A stretch of 64,000 bases of DNA from Vulcanimicrobiota bacterium (GTDB lineage: Bacteria; Vulcanimicrobiota; Vulcanimicrobiia; Vulcanimicrobiales; Vulcanimicrobiaceae): assembly GCA_963833095.1 (NCBI GenBank), contig CAWHWQ010000004.1:96001-160000 (forward strand), given 5' to 3'. The notes under the pieces are model-generated. The model ran no database searches, was not told the origin of the DNA, and saw only the letters and a program-made list of their open reading frames with translations. Positions 59,749-64,000 of this stretch are shown here, piece after piece (within the stretch, counting starts at the first letter, position 1; every line of letters starts with the position of its first letter). A program made the position numbers and the translations under genes.

Positions 59749-62070
59749 ATGCGCTTAAGTGTAGCCTGGCTTCTTTTTGCCTTTGGCGTCGTCATTGCCG
59801 GTTGCGGCGGCGGCGGCGGCGGCGCGTCGAGCTTGGTTCCCTCGAGCGGAGGGAATGCCGCCGGCGGCAACGCGCCCTCGAGTGCGAAGACGACGCGCGC
59901 CAACATCGCGCTGTACGTACCGCCCGCGAACAAACAGGCCGCATCGCGCAAGCCCTTCTACATCTCCTCGAATACGCAGTCGTTTGGCGTGGTCGTCCTT
60001 CCCTATACTTCGCCGGTTCCGTCGCCGCTGCCGACGACGAATATCCAGATTTTTCCGATCGCCACGCCAAGCCCATGCGCCGTTGCTAGCGGCGGCGGGG
60101 AGACCTGCAATTTTACGGTTACCGCACCCATCGGCACCGATCTTTTCGTCGTCGCTGCATTTGCGACGGCAGCGCCGAGCGGGAACACGACACCCCTTTC
60201 AGCTTTCGTCTCGGGTCCGGTAACCGTGAGCTTGAGCCCTGCGCCCGGCGCAACGCCGCTAAGCTTTACGTTGAACGGCGTCGTCTACAGCGTCGCGGTA
60301 ACGGTTGCCAGCCCCGATCCCGGAAATACGCCGAACACGCAAGTCTTCACGGTTGGGGTGCCGACGTCGGCACCGGTTGCAGTCACCGCGTATGACACGA
60401 GCGGCAATCTCGTGATGAGTGACCCGACGACGACGTATTATAATCCGATCGTCATCGAGGCCTCACCGGCAGGCGCAGGCCTCACGCTCTCGCTCGCCGG
60501 TTCGTCATCGTGCGGCAGTAGCGCGTCGGGCGCAACGGCAACGCTCAATTGCGCGAGCGACCTGGGCAACGTGCAGGTCGCGTACGACGGCACGCCGCGT
60601 CCCGACGCGAACGATCACCAAATCGACAACTATACGGTGTTTTCGACGACCGCGCCGAATCCGTCGCCATCACCCGCGAATTACGTGCTCGCCAGCAACA
60701 TTCTTTCGTGGCAACTCACGAGCAACGCCTATGTCGGGAGCAACGCGTTCTTGCGGCGGATGAGCAACGGCCAGTTCTTCTATCTCGCTTATTTGGAATC
60801 GCCGGTGAACGGCTGGATCAGCGGAACCTTCGCTCCGGGAACCGAGACGGCCGGCGCCCAGAACACGCTGACCGACGGTAATCTGTTCGACGACGTCGCT
60901 CTCGCATCCGACGGAAGCTACTGGGTGGCTGATTCATCCGGCACACTCGAATGCTTTGCGTCGATCACCGCAACAACGCCGACGCTTACCAGCGTCACCG
61001 CGAACGAGTCGTATGACGGTTATGCGCTCGACATCACCTCGATCGGCATCGATAGCAGCGGCAACATCTGGTACACCGGTTGGGACTCCAACTATCAGGG
61101 CGGCGGCCCGCCCGCGCCTCCGGACTTCGCTGGTTTCTTCAATTCCTCAGGCTGTGCGAACCCGGGCACGCCGGTTGCGCAGTTCACCCTCACCAACGCC
61201 TACGGCGACTACAATCCGCAGCTCGCGGTGAATCCAGCCGGCGGCGTCGCGGTGATCACGGGATCCGATTATCTCCTTAGCGGGCCTAACTATAATGGCG
61301 TATGGGAGATGAATACGGGCAGCGCGTCGCCGATTTCGGGAATATCGACGCTCAATCACGGCGCGGTCGGCGCGGCCATCGCGGCCGATAGCGCCGGAAA
61401 TGTCTACGCCGCTTTCAAGCAGGGCTCGAACCCCAGCGACCTTGAGGAGCTGCCTTCCGGCGCAGGCGCGCTCGATGCATTCTTGACGCTTCCGCCCCAA
61501 AGCGGAAGCCTCCCAAGCCCGCAGCCGTCAGGACTCTCGGCGTTCTCGCCGAGCGGCGGTGCCGCAGACCGGTCGGAGTATACCGACGTCGACTACGAAG
61601 CGCTCGGACTCATCGAATCCGTTCCGGCGTCACCAATGCCGATACTCGTCGCACTACCTAACTCCGCCTACGTCTTAGATGCGGCGTACACGTCGAAGGG
61701 CGGCGAGTACGTGCTCGATATGGACGCGTCCGAAAATCTGAACATCGTTCGCGTGATCCCGACGAAGACGTGGTCGGTGCCGAACGTGTCGCTGAATTCG
61801 GCATGCGGCTCGACGGCGTTGCTCACCATTCTCGAACGCGGTGACTCCGGACCGTTTGCCATCACGATCCCGGCGGCGAGCAGTGTAACTGCAACGCAAC
61901 TGCCCGGCGCCGATCACGACTTCTGGCTCTCGGTCCCCAACGCGAGCACCTCGTTCACGGCACAGGTCGTCGACGCACATGGGCGCACCGAAACGTTCAA
62001 TGTCACTTCGGCGCCAAGCTACGTGACGTGCGGGCTGGCACGACGCAGGCTTAAGGCACCCCACCGATAG
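59749..62070 (+). CDS. Large secreted lipoprotein; paralog of 12610-14922
   Basis: Lipobox IAGC-GGGG; shares LSPAPGATPLSFTLNGVVYSVA, FSPSGGAADR, LERGDSGPF and LPGADHDFWL with the paralog. Confidence 0.82.
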   Translation: MRLSVAWLLFAFGVVIAGCGGGGGGASSLVPSSGGNAAGGNAPSSAKTTRANIALYVPPANKQAASRKPFYISSNTQSFGVVVLPYTSPVPSPLPTTNIQIFPIATPSPCAVASGGGETCNFTVTAPIGTDLFVVAAFATAAPSGNTTPLSAFVSGPVTVSLSPAPGATPLSFTLNGVVYSVAVTVASPDPGNTPNTQVFTVGVPTSAPVAVTAYDTSGNLVMSDPTTTYYNPIVIEASPAGAGLTLSLAGSSSCGSSASGATATLNCASDLGNVQVAYDGTPRPDANDHQIDNYTVFSTTAPNPSPSPANYVLASNILSWQLTSNAYVGSNAFLRRMSNGQFFYLAYLESPVNGWISGTFAPGTETAGAQNTLTDGNLFDDVALASDGSYWVADSSGTLECFASITATTPTLTSVTANESYDGYALDITSIGIDSSGNIWYTGWDSNYQGGGPPAPPDFAGFFNSSGCANPGTPVAQFTLTNAYGDYNPQLAVNPAGGVAVITGSDYLLSGPNYNGVWEMNTGSASPISGISTLNHGAVGAAIAADSAGNVYAAFKQGSNPSDLEELPSGAGALDAFLTLPPQSGSLPSPQPSGLSAFSPSGGAADRSEYTDVDYEALGLIESVPASPMPILVALPNSAYVLDAAYTSKGGEYVLDMDASENLNIVRVIPTKTWSVPNVSLNSACGSTALLTILERGDSGPFAITIPAASSVTATQLPGADHDFWLSVPNASTSFTAQVVDAHGRTETFNVTSAPSYVTCGLARRRLKAPHR

Positions 62071-62087
62071 GGTATAGTATAGAGGCT

Positions 62088-62462
62088 ATGAGACCATATC
62101 TTCTCGCGCTTGCGCTCTTTGCCGCCGTCGCGCCGGCGGTTGCCTCCTCGCAAGACCTTGCCGCCAACGCGCCGCAACGTCAGGCCATCCAGGAGCTGGA
62201 ATATCTGCTCAACCAGCCCGGTGTCCCCGCCGCGCGCGCCGCGCAGCTCCAAGCCCAAGTGGCGCAGCTCGAGACGCAGGCCAACGGCAGCGACCTCCCG
62301 CAGCTCCCCGTCCCCGTCTATGGCACGTGCGACGCCAACAACGCACTCATCGCGTATCTTCAAGGTCAGCTCGCGACAAGCAACCTCGATTACCAGCAAC
62401 GCGTGATCGACAACCGCGCCATCTACGATTTGGGTGTAAACCTCAAACAACGCGGCTGCTAG
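62088..62462 (+). CDS. Small secreted Gln-rich helical protein
   Basis: Signal peptide; two Cys, one of them C-terminal. Confidence 0.7.
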   Translation: MRPYLLALALFAAVAPAVASSQDLAANAPQRQAIQELEYLLNQPGVPAARAAQLQAQVAQLETQANGSDLPQLPVPVYGTCDANNALIAYLQGQLATSNLDYQQRVIDNRAIYDLGVNLKQRGC

Positions 62463-62473
62463 CAGGTACGGAC

Positions 62474-62863
62474 ATGAAAATACGGCTTGGCGCGGTCTGG
62501 CATTTCAGCCTTGCCGTCAGAGACCCGGAGAAGAGCGCGCAATTCTGGACCCAGAACTTCGATCTGCAGGAAATGTTCCGCTCGCATGAGGTCGTCGCCC
62601 TAACGAACGACGCGCTTATCATCGGATTCTACGAGGGCACACCACATCCGGACGCGATCGACCACTTGTCGTTTCACCTCGACAGTATGCGCGCGCTGCG
62701 CGAAGCGCTCGAGACGCTGAAGCAAAACGGCGTAGAAGTGGAAGATCCGGGTGACGAGATCGGCCCCACATCGCCGGGCTCGCCGCATATGGGGCTGTGG
62801 TTTCACGATCCAGACGGGTATCGCTGGGAACTCTCGGTTCAGAATGGTGCCCGCGACGGTTAA
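62474..62863 (+). CDS. VOC/glyoxalase family protein
   Basis: HFSLAVRDPEKSAQFW, DHLSF, WFHDPDGYRWEL. Confidence 0.9.
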   Translation: MKIRLGAVWHFSLAVRDPEKSAQFWTQNFDLQEMFRSHEVVALTNDALIIGFYEGTPHPDAIDHLSFHLDSMRALREALETLKQNGVEVEDPGDEIGPTSPGSPHMGLWFHDPDGYRWELSVQNGARDG

Positions 62864-62897
62864 TGCATAGGGCGCGCGAACGCGGCTGCTAATCCTT

Positions 62898-62945
62898 TGT
62901 CATCCCGAGCGTAGTCGAGGGACGAACTAATCTATCACCTTGAGG
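62898..62945 (+). repeat. REP-like element plus a truncated second palindrome
   Basis: TGTCATCCCGAGCGTAGTCGAGGGA...TATCACCTTGAGG. Confidence 0.85.
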
Positions 62946-62954
62946 AGGAGCAGC

Positions 62955-63038
62955 CATGGTGAAGACGATGGTGAAATCCGCTGCTATATCCGCGATCCCG
63001 ATGGTTACCTCATCGAAGTCGGCCAAACAACCGGCTAG
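62955..63038 (+). pseudogene. 3' remnant of a second VOC gene
   Basis: HGEDDGEIRCYIRDPDGYLIEVGQTTG*; no 5' part; begins just after a REP half. Confidence 0.7.
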
Positions 63039-63079
63039 TGTCATCCCGAGCGTAGGCGCGTAGCGCCGTAGTCGAGGGA
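63039..63079 (+). repeat. REP-like element with expanded loop
   Basis: TGTCATCCCGAGCGTAG-GCGCGTAGCGCCGTAG-TCGAGGGA. Confidence 0.85.
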
Positions 63080-63108
63080 GCGCAAGCGGAGACGTCAAAG
63101 TCTCTATA

Positions 63109-63489
63109 ATGGTTAAGTATTTATTTGCCGCCTTTCTTGCGTTTTTTGCCGTGGTGGGGCTCTGCGCCGTTGCCGATGCTCGCCAAGCGGGCATCAACTT
63201 CAGGAATGCATCGACAAACTGTGCCTGGATCACTATTTATGGAAGAGCAAGCGCCATTGGGCCCTGGTCGATCGTCAGCGGCGACCGTCCAAGGAACGTA
63301 AAGCCCGGAGAATACTTCCCGTTCAGATTCACCGCACGGCCCGAAATCAAAGTTCGCGCGGAAGTCTACAAATCGGGTTGCAATCACCCGCTCGCGGCCG
63401 ATTTCGAGCGGAGCTTTGGTAACGTCGGCGGTATGGGCGTCTTGCTAAAAAACAACGGCAACGGCTTCACCCTCGTTCCGGGTTACTAA
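63109..63489 (+). CDS. Small secreted beta-rich protein
   Basis: Signal peptide; NASTNCAWITIY...PRNVKPG...KVRAEV...C. Confidence 0.75.
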   Translation: MVKYLFAAFLAFFAVVGLCAVADARQAGINFRNASTNCAWITIYGRASAIGPWSIVSGDRPRNVKPGEYFPFRFTARPEIKVRAEVYKSGCNHPLAADFERSFGNVGGMGVLLKNNGNGFTLVPGY

Positions 63490-63541
63490 ACGGAACGTCG
63501 CGTAGGCGCGCACTCCTCACCGAAGTCGGCCAAACGACCGG

Positions 63542-64000
63542 CTAGGATCCTGTCATGCCGAGCGCGGCGAGATAGGCGTTCTGCGCCTGCCGCGCGCAAT
63601 CGTTGATCGACTCGACGATTGCGTCGTTCGGCACCGTCGTTCGGAGCGGTCGTTGCCCCTTTGGCAGATTTGCCAAACGCGCGATCGCGCGGGCAACATC
63701 TGCAGGATCGCGGCCTTGCGCTGCTGCGGCGAGACCGCTGGACAATTTCTTTGCTACCTGCAGTGCCTCTGGGCCGTAGGCCGCCCCGCGCGCGAGATCA
63801 TCGGGCCGCGTGCTCTTGGAACCGATTTCCGTGGGAAACGCGCCGGGCTGCACGATCGCGACATCGATCCCCAGCGGAGCGAGTTCGAGCGCACTCGATT
63901 CGGCGAGCGCCTCGAGCGCCCACTTCGATGAAGCGTAGACGCCGCCGAACGGAGTCGTGATGCGACCAACCACCGATGAGATGTAGACGATCAATCCCGC
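63542..64000 (-). CDS. SDR family oxidoreductase (5' end outside the window)
   Basis: YISSVVG, YASSKWALEAL, VQPGAFPT. Confidence 0.88.
   Translation of the reverse strand, partial: AGLIVYISSVVGRITTPFGGVYASSKWALEALAESSALELAPLGIDVAIVQPGAFPTEIGSKSTRPDDLARGAAYGPEALQVAKKLSSGLAAAAQGRDPADVARAIARLANLPKGQRPLRTTVPNDAIVESINDCARQAQNAYLAALGMTGS

Overview
A GC-rich chromosomal segment from a diderm bacterium (it encodes an Omp85-type protein, a secretin and lipoproteins). The Ser/Pro-rich 'CGGGG' lipoproteins and general gene style suggest Eremiobacterota/Vulcanimicrobiota, which is an inference only. From left to right: two tRNA-3'-end-like att relics; a phosphate-scavenging cluster (POTRA/Omp85 protein, histidine acid phosphatase, AcpA-type phosphoesterase, pstSCA without pstB); thrS-lipoprotein-tsaD; a large lipoprotein; glpK-glpD; a small stress-gene cluster; the argF-R-G-H-C-J-D operon divergent from argB; and an Lhr helicase. 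The remainder is about 30 kb of accessory genes: SDRs, TetR, two DUF1254/DUF1214 paralogs, AraC-AlaX, an ars operon, Fic, a BNR beta-propeller plus MoaD/ThiS pair, an Xre-RES toxin-antitoxin pair, an aldo-keto reductase, an orphan secretin, GAF-PP2C-HATPase, LuxR, a second large lipoprotein and a VOC protein. The stretch 19.2-32 kb is full of frameshifts, most likely uncorrected long-read indels. The non-coding signals are the most interesting part. They include a family of TGTCA-tagged palindromic REP-like repeats, all on the + strand, that bracket accessory genes, have been recruited into coding sequence and coincide with a 31-bp duplication and gene remnants. There are also several leaderless-type promoters, SigB-like promoters, and clear ArgR, ArsR, Fic and Pho-type operator motifs. 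No rRNA, intact tRNA, CRISPR array, transposase or integrase was seen.
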